A DNA stretch of 64,000 nucleotides from Fimbriosthenelais zetlandica (Eukaryota), in contig OZ365115.1 of the NCBI GenBank assembly GCA_977030845.1, forward strand, positions 7,378,001 to 7,442,000, read 5' to 3'. The notes under the pieces were generated by a model, which saw only the letters and a list, made by a program, of their open reading frames with translations, did no database searches and was not told where the DNA came from. A program made the position numbers and the translations under genes. Positions 48,904 to 62,710 of the stretch are shown in pieces. Each line of letters begins with the position of its first letter. Position 1 is the first letter of the stretch.

Positions 48904-51900
48904 TTGGCCATGTATAAATTATAGGGAATTAACATAACGCTGAGAGTGGTTCATTAACTTACTAAGTAAGTGGAGGAGCTGAGATGATGATGCAGCCATG
49001 ATAGGAGTACTGAGAGGATGAGGTGTATAATGGAGGAGTTTTCACTTTACTTGATGACAGTTTCCCTAAATACCGGTCTAGGTATAATAGCGAGTAATTA
49101 ATACTCACCATGTCCACCTCCATCCATCATTTTATTGGAGCCATTGTAAAATGAAGCCTTTTCATCATCCAATGTTCTTAATCATGTATGAAGCAATGCA
49201 TCTTCATAGACATCCTCTGCGGTGGGGCAAAGTTAGTCTAATGCACCCAACCGGTCTTAATCTAACCGCAATCTCTAGAATTGACCATCATTGCTATACA
49301 TTAGATATGGCTGTTTCAATTCTCCTTCCTAATTAAATGTCATTCAATTTGCAGGCTTATGAGCCATCGTACATTGACAGTTTCCATATACTACTTAAAT
49401 GAATACTCCAGGACAGTCTGTATCTAATCTGTGATAGCCTGGATATATGTGTACTTTCATGTACTACTTTGATTCTATAATTCTAACATTTTTATCTGAT
49501 GGACTTATATGGTCCTTCAGTGATCTATGATTGAATCATTCTCCAAAACAGCTGAGGCCATATTTTTTGGGGTATTGAACTGAAGTGTAGCTTAATTTCA
49601 GAAACTAACAAAGTTATGACAAGCCTCTTTTCCTTTAATGCATGCATTTCACTTTGTAGTTTCATACACTCTGGCGTTATGCCATCGTGACTTATGTCAG
49701 TGCCTCCATATACACAAATGCAGCGAGACTGGGAGATGCATTACCTCACCTTATGATATAGTACTCCAGTAAAAAGCCACTTTTGAGATATACTACTAAT
49801 CGCCAAGGCCGTCTTTCATCTAATTTTATAAAGGCAGCTACTGGCCATATAAGACGATTATCTCAGGAATGTGTTTTTTTCTCCCACCTGTCATTCCAGC
49901 CGCCTGTAAACAATGCTCTACACACTTACATTGAATGTAACACTTACAGATACTGCATGCTTATTCCCATATATGGCTTTGTTTCCAGCTGAGAACTGCC
50001 TGCAGTGCCAGTGTAGTGCTTTCTGGCAATGATGCTATGCTATGATCGCTTGGTTATCCGGACCATCATTACATGAATTACCTGATTTTTTAGCATGGAA
50101 ACCGAACGTTCTGCCATACTATAGCTCTATTAGTATTAAATATTAACACTTCCACTGCATAAATGTAAGACATCATTGTATGAGTATAAATGGCTCAAAT
50201 GAAGTATAGGGTTGAAATAGATAGTGTCCAATATAGATATCTCAATTAGGGACAGAGTGGAAGTCCAGCCACCTCTCTTTTTCCACCAGCCTGACCCCAA
50301 ACTGACAAGAGTGGTAGATACCAATTACCTTGAGAGCTTTTGGCAGGGGGTAACAATAGGTGTCCTACACTTCTCCTACCCTCTATCACTGCACACTATC
50401 TGAAGGCCAATGTCAAACAACCTCATTCCTTCACTGAGGAAAATAATGATCCATCTTCCTTTATTTCCTAGAATGTTGCGCTCATATCTTTTATATGACA
50501 CTTCCCTTGACATTTCCATTACCTGTTATTTACTTGGATGCAGGTCTCGTGCATTTCTGTTTAGCCTGCTCTTTCTATTTCTGACGTATTACCCATTGTT
50601 TCTGTTAGGCTATAATGTATCATTTTGTCTTTACCACCACAGCGTCAAAACGTGTTAATTTGTGGTAAAGTTAGCCTTGGGAGCTTCCGCAAACTCTACT
50701 GCATTCTGAAGCAATTAAGGACAGAGGCACTGAAAACCAGTCCTGCCCACTGACCATTTTTCTGACGATTTTGGATCATCCATTCCAGGTTATGTAATCC
50801 CTTGTACCTCACCACAATGCAAATCCTACTTTAAAAAATGACACCACTTATAAATAGTAAAAATAGTCGTAAGCTATCATTTGCTGGAATGACAGGTTGA
50901 AAGGAAATGGGAAAAAATCCAATTAAGAAGAGTAATTATTATAGGGAATTGAGGTCCCATGGGTAGAACAAAAACAAGGCTGTGGGCCACCACAGGCGCT
51001 ACATATGGAAGTTCTCCCTTATAATTACAGCAGTAGGAGGTCCTAAGTCCATGAATAAAGCATGACAGGTATCGATACCAACAAGGGGGTAAAACATAGC
51101 TGTACTCATTAGAGGGGTATCATATATAAATGTACCGGCCCCAGCCTCCACACACCCCTCATACCACTGTCCTATGATCTTAAAACACAACCCCCCCCCC
51201 CCCTCCAATATGAGAGCTCACTGTTAAAAAGCTTTTATCCACAAAAAAGTCACCAACTCATTAAACGTACATTTTGAAACCAATTAAAAACACCCACGAC
51301 CGTGGTATACAGCGTCTTGAACCTCTACTGCGGGAAACCACGGTACTTAATAATGCAAGTACTTTAGAACCTAACAATGCAGCTGTATAGCGAGAGTGCA
51401 CTCTATAACTAAAATCACTTGCCTTTCACATAGCAGGAGAAGGGAAAATTAGAATGTTTTAGCATAGAAATATGTTATGCATGAAAGTTTTATTTTGGTT
51501 GTGTGGGAGGCCTTTTCTGCGGCTAGAAATATATATCATAAGTATAGCATTTGGCTGAATGAGGCCTAGTTTTATGTACCGCCTCCAGGGTAAACTACCA
51601 GCCCCAGGCGTCTAGCAATATGCTCTGAATCTCAATTTGATTGATCCATAAGCCAGCCACGACCCCTCTCCTTGTAACAACACGCGGGGGAGAGAGCCCA
51701 TCCTGCCAGAGACAGAGAAATGTTAAAAATAAATTCAGGCAGGAGTGTATGGGGGGAGGAGGAGGTGGTGGTGGTATGGGCATGCCAGGAGCTTGTTACG
51801 CCAAGGTTCAGGTCATTTTGACCAAAGTCAATACACAATTACTCTAAAAGAATGAGCAAGCTTTTACGCTAACAAGCCGCGCTACACGTCACCTACGTCA

Positions 51901-52604
51901 TGGCCACATCATTCAGTTACTGTGTACTACATGAGATTGGTCACATCCAATATACTTCATCATAACAACTTGCTCCTGGTGGCCACTTTCCTGGCTGGCA
52001 CGGGATATATACTTCCTATTAACCAGGGAGCTTAAACATATATGTATACTTTATCATGGACCTGGCTGCTTAAAGCACCTGTATAAGTATCAAGTATTGA
52101 ATATTCAGCAAGAGCCACTTTAGTGTTTGTAGTAGTTTTTTGACGCTGGTACTTGTTGAATATGTTTGTGGACCATGAGGTGACCGTGTAATAAACTAGG
52201 ATATAATGAGCTCCCGAGTAGGATGCCGTCTTCTGGACTTGATTACAGTGTGGGGGAGTTTAGAGTATTATATATAAGTGAAGCTCTCGTTGCTTGGTGA
52301 TCTACAGTATTTAGCCTACACCATGGCTTACATGAGTTAATTGTCTGTGGGCTGGGCTGGTGTGGCCTGGATCTTATCTGGTCGTGTTTTTTGGAGTCTG
52401 TGTGATTTGTATAGATGTATTTTTAATGTTCAAATCGTTCAAATGCGTGCATGTCCTGGTGATGCATGGATCGAGGGGTGAAGGTAGGGGGGAGATATGC
52501 ATTCTACTAAAACGCAGGATGGCTTTGAAATGCGTTCTAAAGTTTGGGATGGCTTTAGTTCTGCTGGATCTATTCTAAATCAACCTAGAACTATATAAAA
52601 TATA

Positions 52605-52737
52605 TGTCTCCCTGTATAATCTACAGGGAATCCTGTATATATCATTTTTCATAACTGATTTTACAGAACTGAATCATTGAACATATATACGGTCCTGTAA
52701 ATTTTACAGGACCCACCTGTAATTTAGATTTACAGTG
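52605..52737. mobile_element. Second copy of the TTTACAGTG-ending non-autonomous element family
   Basis: Shares its right end and internal words with 25010-25156. Confidence 0.6.
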
Positions 52738-54949
52738 TATTTAGGTATGAGAAGTTAAGATGGAAGCATTGGTGGGTGTTAGTTATGAGTATGGGGAACA
52801 TGGAGAGGCTATATGCGAAGAAGTGGTAGATGGTAATGGTAGAATGTGATCGTCTATATAGAGACATGAAGCGCCCACTCACTGTCGTCCCACCACAGCC
52901 ATGTTGACGTTGTACGACATGACATGTTGAGAGACGTCAATCATTATAACCTATCCATCAAGTCAAACTATGGAGGAGCTGTGTTGAGGAACTAACCTCG
53001 CCCAGTCCTGCCACACGTCAAGCTCTAATACCACATTGCAGACTGCTCTATGAGACTGGCTTGGCTTGGCTGAAGCTTTGCATACATGATAGGGCTAGCC
53101 TGTTTGCACAAAAACCAATGAATAAAAGCAGTTAGTTTACATTGAAGCTGTTTTTGCCCACTTAGTTAGCCTGGCCATGTCCAGTCCGGTTTGCAGTGGA
53201 TTCATGATCACTACTATTTCGCCCATATGAAGTCTTTGACTCTTGTTCCTTTGTGATATTTTGCCAATCCTGTTAGAAACTTGCAGCCAAACAAGTCTTA
53301 GACCTTTGAATTTCTCTCAAAACATTGGTAAATATTACCTTTGGTTTCCATGTAGTAGACCTCAGTATATTTGATGATTCTACATGCTGCTCATATTCCC
53401 CAGGGCCTAATTGAGTCAGGCTATCTGACTACTTCGGGATACAGACAAGATGGTCTCCAAGTTATAAACCAATCAATACAACCTCCATACATCCTTGACA
53501 AAGCAAAGAATGATGCGACAGCGGGTTTTCCCTCAGGCTTTGCATTCTAAGCACGAACATGACAATCCAGCATTGTAGTAATTCATTTCTGCCCTATGCT
53601 TCTGACTACAATAATATTGTTGCTAGACCACCTGATACATCTAGGTAGGATCAACCTTGGTGTCTTGTTTCTAAATAACAGAGTTTTGGCAGCAAACGGA
53701 AGCGTTCCTTGTTCTCTGCTGAAATCTGAGGTCCTGTTTGTTCGCTGAACAAATCAAGTCTGCTCCACAGAGATGAGATTGAAGACTTTTATGCGCGGCT
53801 GATCATGCTACTGCCAGCGAATCCCAGTCCACCCTGACCTCTGTGCATATGATCATCTGTCAGCAATGACTTGTAAACTTCCCCCATGTACATGTATACA
53901 TGTATGCTCAATCCCCAACCCCCGACAATTTCATGGACAGACATGCGAGTGTGCAGGCCTGAGGCCTCAGACAATATTTTGTGTTTGTATATTATCAGGT
54001 AACCCCCATGTAGGCGAGGTCACTGACCGTGATATCAATAAATCACGGAGGCAGAAGTTGGGGGAAAAACGGGGTTAAAAGGGTCAGATATAAGCCTCCA
54101 GTGATACGTAAAAACCACAGTGTCTATTAGCGATATGTCATTTATTTTAATTGGAAGAGGAGATATATACTTAGCAGTGTAATTGGTGAGCAGGATTTAG
54201 GGTCTGGCTCGTGGGGGTATAGGGGGGTAATTGCCCACCATCCTGATGCTGGTTGGTGAAGCACTTTGGGATAAGATGGTAGGTGTGGGGTAAACCACAC
54301 GGGGAATGGTGGACCTTACGGCGGATGTGAAATAAGCGCACTTAAGTAAGTGGGCAGGTTTTATTCAAGTGACTAATGCCTGCTTCTCACGCTAGAGGGC
54401 AATGTGGGGTGGGCAGGATGGATGATGCTGGAGGAGGGGGTGGAGGGGATCTGTGCAACATTCGAGAAGCTGGTGTTTGAACTGGGAATGTCATGAGAGG
54501 GGACTTTTACCCAGGGGAAAGAATGCGCCAAGTTTTCATTTCTCTGGTAAATCTTTATAAGGGTTTCAGGCTTGTATTGTCAAGAGCATCCATGCATTCT
54601 TTATTATGATGCATTACCGCAATTAACTTTTGGCATATGAGTGCTCAAGCAGCTATTAATCACTATTATCTGCTTAGAACCCACATTTCATGTTGCCCTT
54701 GAAGAAACATTAGAACCCAAAATTACATGCTCCAATAGATAAGGGCCCGATGCACTAAATACAAATGGGGAGTAGAAAACACCTTCTGTAACAGGCAAAT
54801 GTAACTACCCCAGATTTTAAATCTCTTTTGGGTGTATTGTCCAGTGAATTAAGGTTTCATTTCAAAGTGTTTTCACTCAGGGAGGGACTGATTAATGTCC
54901 TACTGATTCGCACGGTAAAACATGTGCATGTTGTACACGATTAGTGGTA

Positions 54950-55350
54950 AGCAGTGTTAACTTCGTGGTTTTACTTGAGGGGAGGTGTATTAATAACCGC
55001 TGACGAGCCTTTACTGACTCGTGGCTGCCTTTTTCCTGGCTATGACGAGCCTGTGGTGTGTGAGTCAATGTGAACCAGGCACGTCCTCTACACTTCTTGA
55101 CTATTTGACTATATAGACATTGGATTATTACTGCATTCTCAGCAGCAGTTGCTATATTTAAAGACACATTTCTATGTGCTTTCTGCAAGCAAAAGGTAAT
55201 TCCAAACAGCAGGAACCTTGTACATTTTCCTTTTTGGTGCAGTTCTATATCCATGAAGCGTTCACTGTTAATGGATGGAATTCTCGAAGGAAAATAATAT
55301 GGTGATGAAAGGCAAGCTGTCTTTGTAATGTAAAATAGATTTTTAGCTAA
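54950..55350 (+). mobile_element. LINE apurinic-like endonuclease relic
   Basis: TDSWL..PGY (TETWL...PGY), FLFGAVLYP (++G..YRPP) and a GD+N-like segment, in order but frameshifted. Confidence 0.45.
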
Positions 55351-57749
55351 GATGCAGTCCATGTATCATTGCTACCATGAATGGACTACAGGCCATTGAG
55401 AGTATTTAAGATATACATCAGAAGGGAGAGAGATGTCTGCAATTATCCTACCTTCACACGCCTGTAATCAGTGAATAAAACCAATGTATTTTATAGCAGG
55501 TAGGTTTTTTTAGCTTACAAAACCAAGTCCCCTAGGTGCAGTTAAAACAATGAAATGTGAGCGCGCCTCATAATGCCTCTTTGTATATGTATGTTCTCTA
55601 ACAAGGCTGAGCTGGGTGAGAGGAAGTTGATGGTGTTGTCATGGCAGCACCGTGCCGTCCCTATCACCCCATCCCTCACACCACCTAACGTCTAGTGACA
55701 TCTGTACCAACCGTCCCATTGTACATCACACCCAAATCACTTTTTATCGCAGATTAGCAACAAAAGTACGGAGACCGGTGCAGAGCCATATGCTGCAAGG
55801 AGAAAATTATATTTTCCCTCGTAAAAATGATGATGGAGGTTGGTGGGGTTTATTGTAAGAGCCATAAAGCTCAGGGACTGAGGGAGGAGTGAGGGGGAGG
55901 GTTTTACATGGGGATGAAGATGGTAATGGGGGTGTCTGGTATGTACATGAAATTACTGCTGTAGGTCCACAGCAACACATAGACAACAGCTGAAGATGCT
56001 CTCCTATATTAGACAGTCCACCCTGCTAGAAATGCACCAGCAGAAAGTTTTTTTCTTTCCTCAACTCTGAAAAGATAAGGAAATGGCTGCCTCTAGTATT
56101 TTAGTCTAGATCTAGATTGCTGATGCTTTCAGCTCAGGCAATACATTAGAAGAGTAATATTTTTGTGATGGTGACACTGGGCGTCTGTTTTAGGGATCTA
56201 TTCACAGTACAGCTTTGTATTACAATGCTGTTCAGCCTCGCTTTCAACTGGCCTGACTTATATATACCCCGAGAAATGGGTTATCAGATTACACCTAACA
56301 AATTCTAAAGATTTCTTTCTTAAAAACGAAACTCTAGGTCTCTTTTTAGCTTGGCTCCAGCCCATGTTTTTATTGCCTGATGAAATGGGACATTATCACT
56401 GCAGCTGGTGCCACCCTGATATATGTAATGTTCAAAAATTCATCTCATGAGTAAAGTTCATAACTCAAACGTCAGCAGTACATATTAATGAAAGCTTATT
56501 TCAAATTTTCATGACAGCTAAGTTATTAATCACATAAAAATTCTAATAAGCATACTGAACACTATAATAGGTCTGCTATATTTGCATCACATTTGAAAGT
56601 CATTTCTCGAGCATTATAAGAAACTGTTTCAGCTTGAATTCCCTGGCCGTTAAGTCTGTGCAAGATATGCTCCTTCCCATGTTTAACATATTCCATGCAC
56701 TATTTATTCAGAATAATTATTTAGCCATGAGTCTACGTGGGCCTATATGCTAAGATCTTATCATTAGATCCATTTATAAATTACATTAGCAATGGGAATT
56801 TGCCACTTAAAATTATCTTCCCATTAGCACCTTTTCCATGTCCCCTCAGACGATGTCTACAATCTAGTCCTGTTTATGTACTCAGCCATGTGTGCCCGCA
56901 CTGAATACAAACTAACCCTCCATACAGTAGCACTCCCAGCTTCTTCGTGGTATTTCATTTCTTTCTCCCCGTCACGCCAATGCTTCCCCCCTCCCTTGAC
57001 AAGTTGACGTACTATCTAACAAATTATCTTATATTGCTTTCGGAAAAAAAGACATGGGATGTCCCTCGGTAAAAATAAACCGTATGACTATATCATATCA
57101 TCGGACTCTTTTACTGTCGCCGTGACATTACACTCACCTGTCAAATGGTAGAGTGGCCTGCCACATTCAGCTATCATATTCACGCTCATTTATCACAGAA
57201 ACATATAAAACATTAAGTGAAATTTAAGGGAAGAAAATGTCATCTTAAAACGTTGTCAAAGTGTTCTTTCAACGTGGTCCTTTTTCTAGGGGCTGGAAAT
57301 TCTAAGGTCAATGAAGTGCCTGGATTGTTAGATATGAATATAATTAATATAGGTATCCCATGCACAATATAGATTTTCTTAGAAAACACTAGCTTTTTCA
57401 TTTGATGATGGTTTATTATTTATGAATTCATTATTGTGACCATAAAGTGATTTACCGAGGGAATCAAATTTGATGTCTACTGTATGATTTCCATTCTACC
57501 ACAAAGAGTCACGCAATCTTAACATTTTACCAAGTATTAGCTACTTGGCAAAGAATGAAGTCATCCACTGAGTTTTTCTCCCTGTATCAGTGTATGGCCC
57601 TTACAATATAATTGTGATTTATTTATATTTTGATCTTAATATATTCTAAGTAGTTTTTCCATAGGAACATTAGTCTCAGTGCTGGTTGTACTTATGGTGC
57701 AGTGAGATTATTATGAAATGTGGTTCATCAAGAATATCGTTTAACATGG

Positions 57750-57870
57750 ACCTGAAGAAAGATAAAGGGGAAGGAAGGGACCTTGATTGTGATCGATAAA
57801 AGGCGTTTGGAGGCTGAGATTACACGCTGTCTTTGACGTCCATTCATATCGGTCTAAGATCCTCTTTTGT
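57750..57870 (+). mobile_element. Penelope-like RT relic
   Basis: KDKG-GTLIVIDKRRLEAEITRCL-DVHSY..DP resembles ADKGG.+V++DK..Y..E..RQL.D...Y..DP. Confidence 0.4.
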
Positions 57871-60800
57871 CCCCATATTTTCATTTCCTTCACGTATTTC
57901 AATTTCACATGAAAAATATATATGAACATAATATAAAGACTGATGAAAAGCACGACATTCGTCATCGGGATGAAAAAAGCACAGCTACATAATACTATCA
58001 ATTTCATAATTAGAGCAAAAAATGTATTTTATTATGACAGCTATGAAATGAAATTCAAAATATGATAATTACATTTTTTAAGTACAGTAGGCTACATTCC
58101 TTTAGAGAGAATTCAATTTTGAAACCGTTTTGTCTAACATCACTGATGAATATAGACCAATGATATTCTGAAAAAATAGTGACAGCATTCTTACTGAGAA
58201 AAAGTAATGAGGACACATTGGATGTATGATGAACATTGAATTTCTTTTTAAGAAGGGTAATTTTAGAAGTTGAAAGACAAATTTTCATTGAGTAGGTATT
58301 AAACTTAAAACATCTCCCAACACCTGATACACGTACCATTTCAAGGTTAAGACACTTTACAGTTACCATACCGTATTTTTAATTCAGTTACTATCAACCT
58401 AACAGATTTTTAGAAACGGCAGAAATGAGTGAAATGAATGAAAGTAAATATCATGAATTTGAATTGTGAGACAGTGATGCTGCGTATAATACAGAAGCAG
58501 GTAATGAAATTCAAAACGTCTATCAATCACAATCAAGATGACACTTGATTGCCACTGTCTGTAGCCCAGACTAAGTAAACTGAATGAAGATAGTACTTTA
58601 ATATATGACTTTACTTCTTAGCCTCCGACTGCTATATGCTCTAATACATCACCGTATCACAGTATTGGAGGGCTGGAGATGTTCTTCTTATAAAAGCCCA
58701 GATCACAATCTCTGCATCTGAGGACATGCAGTCTCGTAACTATCTTGATAATACCAGGTTCACACAAACCTTTTCTATGTTTTTGCATTATTTAATCCCT
58801 GCTTTCTGAAAGGCAGAGGTCATTCTGTCGATGAAGAAGAATAGGTCACTGACCGTGCCACCCACAATGTGCGGTGGCACGCCAAATTACGTTCAGTCCA
58901 TCCCTTTTCATTCGTTTAAAATATGTCTTTATCTTGCATAAGCTTGCATCAGCAATCTGCAATGCGTTTTAGTGCAAAAAAGGTTGTGTCCAAAGGCATT
59001 TCAATTCTTTATAAATATTGAGGACCAATCTAACTTTTTTCTTTGGGGATATCATTTAATGTGTTGTTGGGCAGAGTCTCTATCCTCTTGGAACTATAAA
59101 TCTGATATAGAATACTGTGAGTATAGGTGATATATAGAGGTGGGATGCTGTATTCCTGTGTGTGAACATGGTATTAAAGCTGCATGGTAATATCGCTACA
59201 ATCAACCTTACAACACTGCATGGGAGCCTGTTGATGGGGAAACATTACCTCCACTCCCTACAGCCTAGCTTTTGCGTTTTCTAAGGAATATAGAGAGATT
59301 CAGGAGATGAGATATGAGTGGGTAATGGATGGACGGGGATGGGCAGTAAAATGTAGATCGATGTTGCTTTGATGAATTTTCTCTCCTGGGAAACTGTTTT
59401 GTGTTGTTTTTATTTTGGTTAGTACTAAACCAGGATGCACCCCAGTCACCTCCATTGGCTGATCTCCAACATCACCAGTATGGGGTTAGATATTTGGATG
59501 TGTAGCCTACATGTATCTGAGAATACCAACTCAATAGAACTATTTCCGAACCCTGTTTCCAAACCCTGATCAAATGATGGAAGCAACTGTCCTCGATATG
59601 GCGCAGACGTGCCAGTTTGTAACTATTAGCACTAGGTAATAATAGAGAAGTCGTTTAGTGGCCGAACCTTTAGAATCCCCTGTTCATTTGTCCCCGACAT
59701 GATGCAGCATGATTGTTGCAAACATTCCCCATTCATCTCCCTCCCATCTCTTTTCTCATCTCTATTCATTTCAACAATTTGGGTGAAAACTCCATTTGAA
59801 TCTCCAGTTGATTTATGACAGAGTCATTGTGGAGGAGACATTGAAATGGTTGCTTAAAGCTAACCTGGGACCGTTACAATGGGAAATAGTTTAATCTGCA
59901 TTTAGACTTCCAGCTGCCACATTATACTTCATTTAACAGATCTGGGGCACTTTCGGTCAACCCATTAATACCTCCAAAAACCCTTTGATGAAATTATAAA
60001 GATCAAACGAGGACAGAAATCTCAGAGCATTGCAATACGCAGTTGGCCACCCATGTTCTGGTACCCTTTTCACGCCGTGACAACGTGACTCAATCAAGTG
60101 AAAGTTGTCAACTGTCAAAATGTGAAGAGATCTAGTTTCATGTGACCAAAAGTGGAACGGTTCGAGGTCAATTTATACATGTATACTTGTTCAAATACAT
60201 GTACTGATTTATTATCCTCAATCATACTGTAACACATGAGTGCAATATTGATCATATCTTAACAGAAACTTCTTTCTCATTGTAAAAAATAGAATAATTA
60301 AAATTAATACTTTCAAAATAAACACCTGGGTAAGTTTCCGAGAAAGATAAACTTAAATATTGGCTTTGTCCTTGATGGAAGCTGGGCTTGCAGACGATTT
60401 AGGGATGTGAATTTCTATCTTTGAACTGTGGAGAGCTGGTATGGAGGGCGTGTGAGAGCGAACTGATGAAAACCATCCCACTGGGGCATGTTCTTAACCC
60501 CGCCAACACCTGAGGTAAAGTGCCTGGCTTGATTGGCTAGTCCACCCATGCATCATTGACACAAAATGCCTGCAGATTTCACTCCTTAACCAAACTGTCA
60601 AACTTTACTGTCCACACTTGAAAACTGTTTTGTAGTTTGCACAATGGTATCAGCAGTTGCCACATAAACCTGTAGACCATGCAGACACTTTTCTTTGCCC
60701 ACATCTAGGTCTGACAATGCCTCGCTAAATAGGAGTAAAAGGGTATTTGACACGTTCCCCGTGCTCATTTAGCAATGTGTTTGTGGATGGGAACGATCTG

Positions 60801-60935
60801 TCATCAGTTGACACACCTAATGGTGTTTGATGAGGATGAGGTCCTCACACCTGTGCTAAAGGTTATGCTGACGGGACCCTGCCCAGTACGTGCTGACAAT
60901 TGACTGAATGGACAGGTCCAGCTGAGCCATTTAAA

Positions 60936-61017
60936 TCTCCCTCTCACTCTCTATCTCTCCCTCACCCCCACCTTCTTTCTCGCTCTCTATCCCCCCTCTC
61001 TCTCTCGTTCTCTCTTA
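60936..61017. repeat. Degenerate (CT)n pyrimidine microsatellite
   Basis: About 80 bp that are almost entirely C/T on the plus strand. Confidence 0.85.
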
Positions 61018-61259
61018 TATCTTTATTGTTATGTTTGTATCGTAGAATGATTGATTGAAAATGCAGAAACATTTCATTGCATCTTGAAAATTGAAATATG
61101 GGTTATAACACTGGTTTCTTCCCTGCCATTGCCAAGATACATAATCTAACCTGAGATAAATGATTAGTAAAGGAAGGAACAAGTAAACCCCATACAAGGG
61201 CGCAACCCCCGGCCTTCCTGACCTCACAAATTACTTTTGGGTTCTGCTAATCTTTTCTT

Positions 61260-61540
61260 CAGTCTCGTTGATCGCTATACCCTCCTCCCCAAAGATAAAC
61301 TGACGGAAATGTCTTTACCAACCATGCGCAGAATTGCTTGGAAACGACAGCCGTGCAACAATCACCCCTCAAAGCCCAGGGAAGATTGACCTGAAATGCA
61401 TGGATATGACCCTTAATTGTCATACATCTTTTGGAAGCTGTTTTTATCAGACATGTCCTGGAAAATTGCAGAAAATGGCCGATGGTGATTAAGCAAGAGA
61501 TCTTAGGCTGGGACTTGGTGTGATGCCGCCTCATCCCATT
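61260..61540 (-). mobile_element. Ty3/gypsy RNase H relic
   Basis: KTASK (TDAS), then CAWLVKTFPSVYLWGGGYSDQR, resembling CLA+VWAV+KF..YL+G..F..TDH. Confidence 0.45.
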
Positions 61541-62219
61541 CTCCACCATACTTCTATGCTGATCCAGGTCTTCCCCCTCATGTCTCATCCTCTGATCTCT
61601 CTGTGCCAGACTCAGATCAGCAACACAAAGACTTTGGGTTTGGTGACCACCTCACCAAGTGAGGCGGAGGAAGCAGCTGTCTTCATGACCTCTTACTGGA
61701 CTTCCGGCCCTCATTAGAGCGTTATTGTGACCCATGTCCTGGTCACGTCATTCTCTAGTCATTGGCCTTCTGATGACAGACAAAACGAGCATACGTCTGA
61801 AGTCTGAGGGAAAGGATAAAGTCAAGATCCAGCAAGAAGATATAGTCTGCTAGGAGAGGGAAAGGGCATGTTATAAAGGAAGGGAAAGGGAAGAAATCAT
61901 GAGCAAAAAACCACATGGATTGGGGGGAAAGAAGAACATATTACATGAAGCTAGTAATTTGGTTGAAATGTCAGGAGCACATAAGCTTCTGAGCACGTGA
62001 GTTGCTCTGGTTTGGCAGTGGGGAACCCTCAAGATCTCTTCAAGTACTGTCATACTAATTGCCTTTCAAGTGTCTTGGTTCTTGCTGGTGTACTGCGTTC
62101 ATTGCACTTTTTCGGCCTAACTATATAACCATCATTTCACCGAATGACAAATGGAAAACCCATATCCTATCTCACATATTATAGTAACTCATTTCCCTTA
62201 AATAGCACTGTGCCCTCAC

Positions 62220-62650
62220 GTCGCTCATCATGAGCGATGCCCTCATTTAATGCGCATGCTCAATGACCCGGTTAATGAATCCTGGCCTGGATGATATCCA
62301 ATAAATGACCCCGGCCTAATATTTACTTGTTATTGCACTGTCCGGGGTGGAAATAGGGATGGGTTAGTGCCAGATATGGCTGTGACTTGATTCGCTGCAT
62401 TAGTACGTATAGTACTATAATAGGTACGTTATGTCCCGCTGGTGGCGCTGCGATCGCCGTGTCCGCGAGTCGCCATAGGAGAGTTGCGACCATGGCGGCC
62501 GCCCAACCTCATGAATGGGCGTCATTCAACCAATCATAGCGCTTATGGTAATTTTACTACGAGTCTCATAGTAGGCATACGGACCAATGACAGTCCCCCG
62601 CTCCTACTACTTCCGTTTCCGATAGAAAACGCGGGGTTTTTCCATGGATT
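62220..62650. promoter_or_regulatory. CpG-rich, probably housekeeping-type (possibly bidirectional) promoter
   Basis: Locally the most CpG-rich non-coding stretch. TGCGCATGC (NRF1-like, 62251), CCAATCA (62530), ACTACGAGTCTCA (ZNF143/ACTACA-like, 62556), CCAATGA (62584), CTTCCGTTTCCG (ETS-like, 62610), and a YY1-like GCCGCCATCTTG downstream at 62852. Confidence 0.6.
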
Positions 62651-62710
62651 CTACGATCTCAAACTTTGGTGAATTTCTACGCTCTGCCACAACCAAGACA
62701 TTTAATAATC
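62644..62710 (+). CDS. Candidate first coding exon of an unidentified plus-strand gene
   Basis: ttccATGG follows the ETS-like sites. MDSTISNFGEFLRSATTKTFNN is followed by tandem donors GTAAGT at 62711 and 62715. It could instead be a 5' UTR exon. Confidence 0.4.

Noticed and set aside
52883-52950. 68-nt minus-strand exon candidate VIMIDVSQHVMSYNVNMAVVGR
   Set aside because: The acceptor is purine-rich and there is no phase-compatible partner exon.
54892-55362. 156-aa minus-strand ORF
   Set aside because: Antisense to an endonuclease relic (TDSWL..PGY) on the plus strand, with no protein family features.
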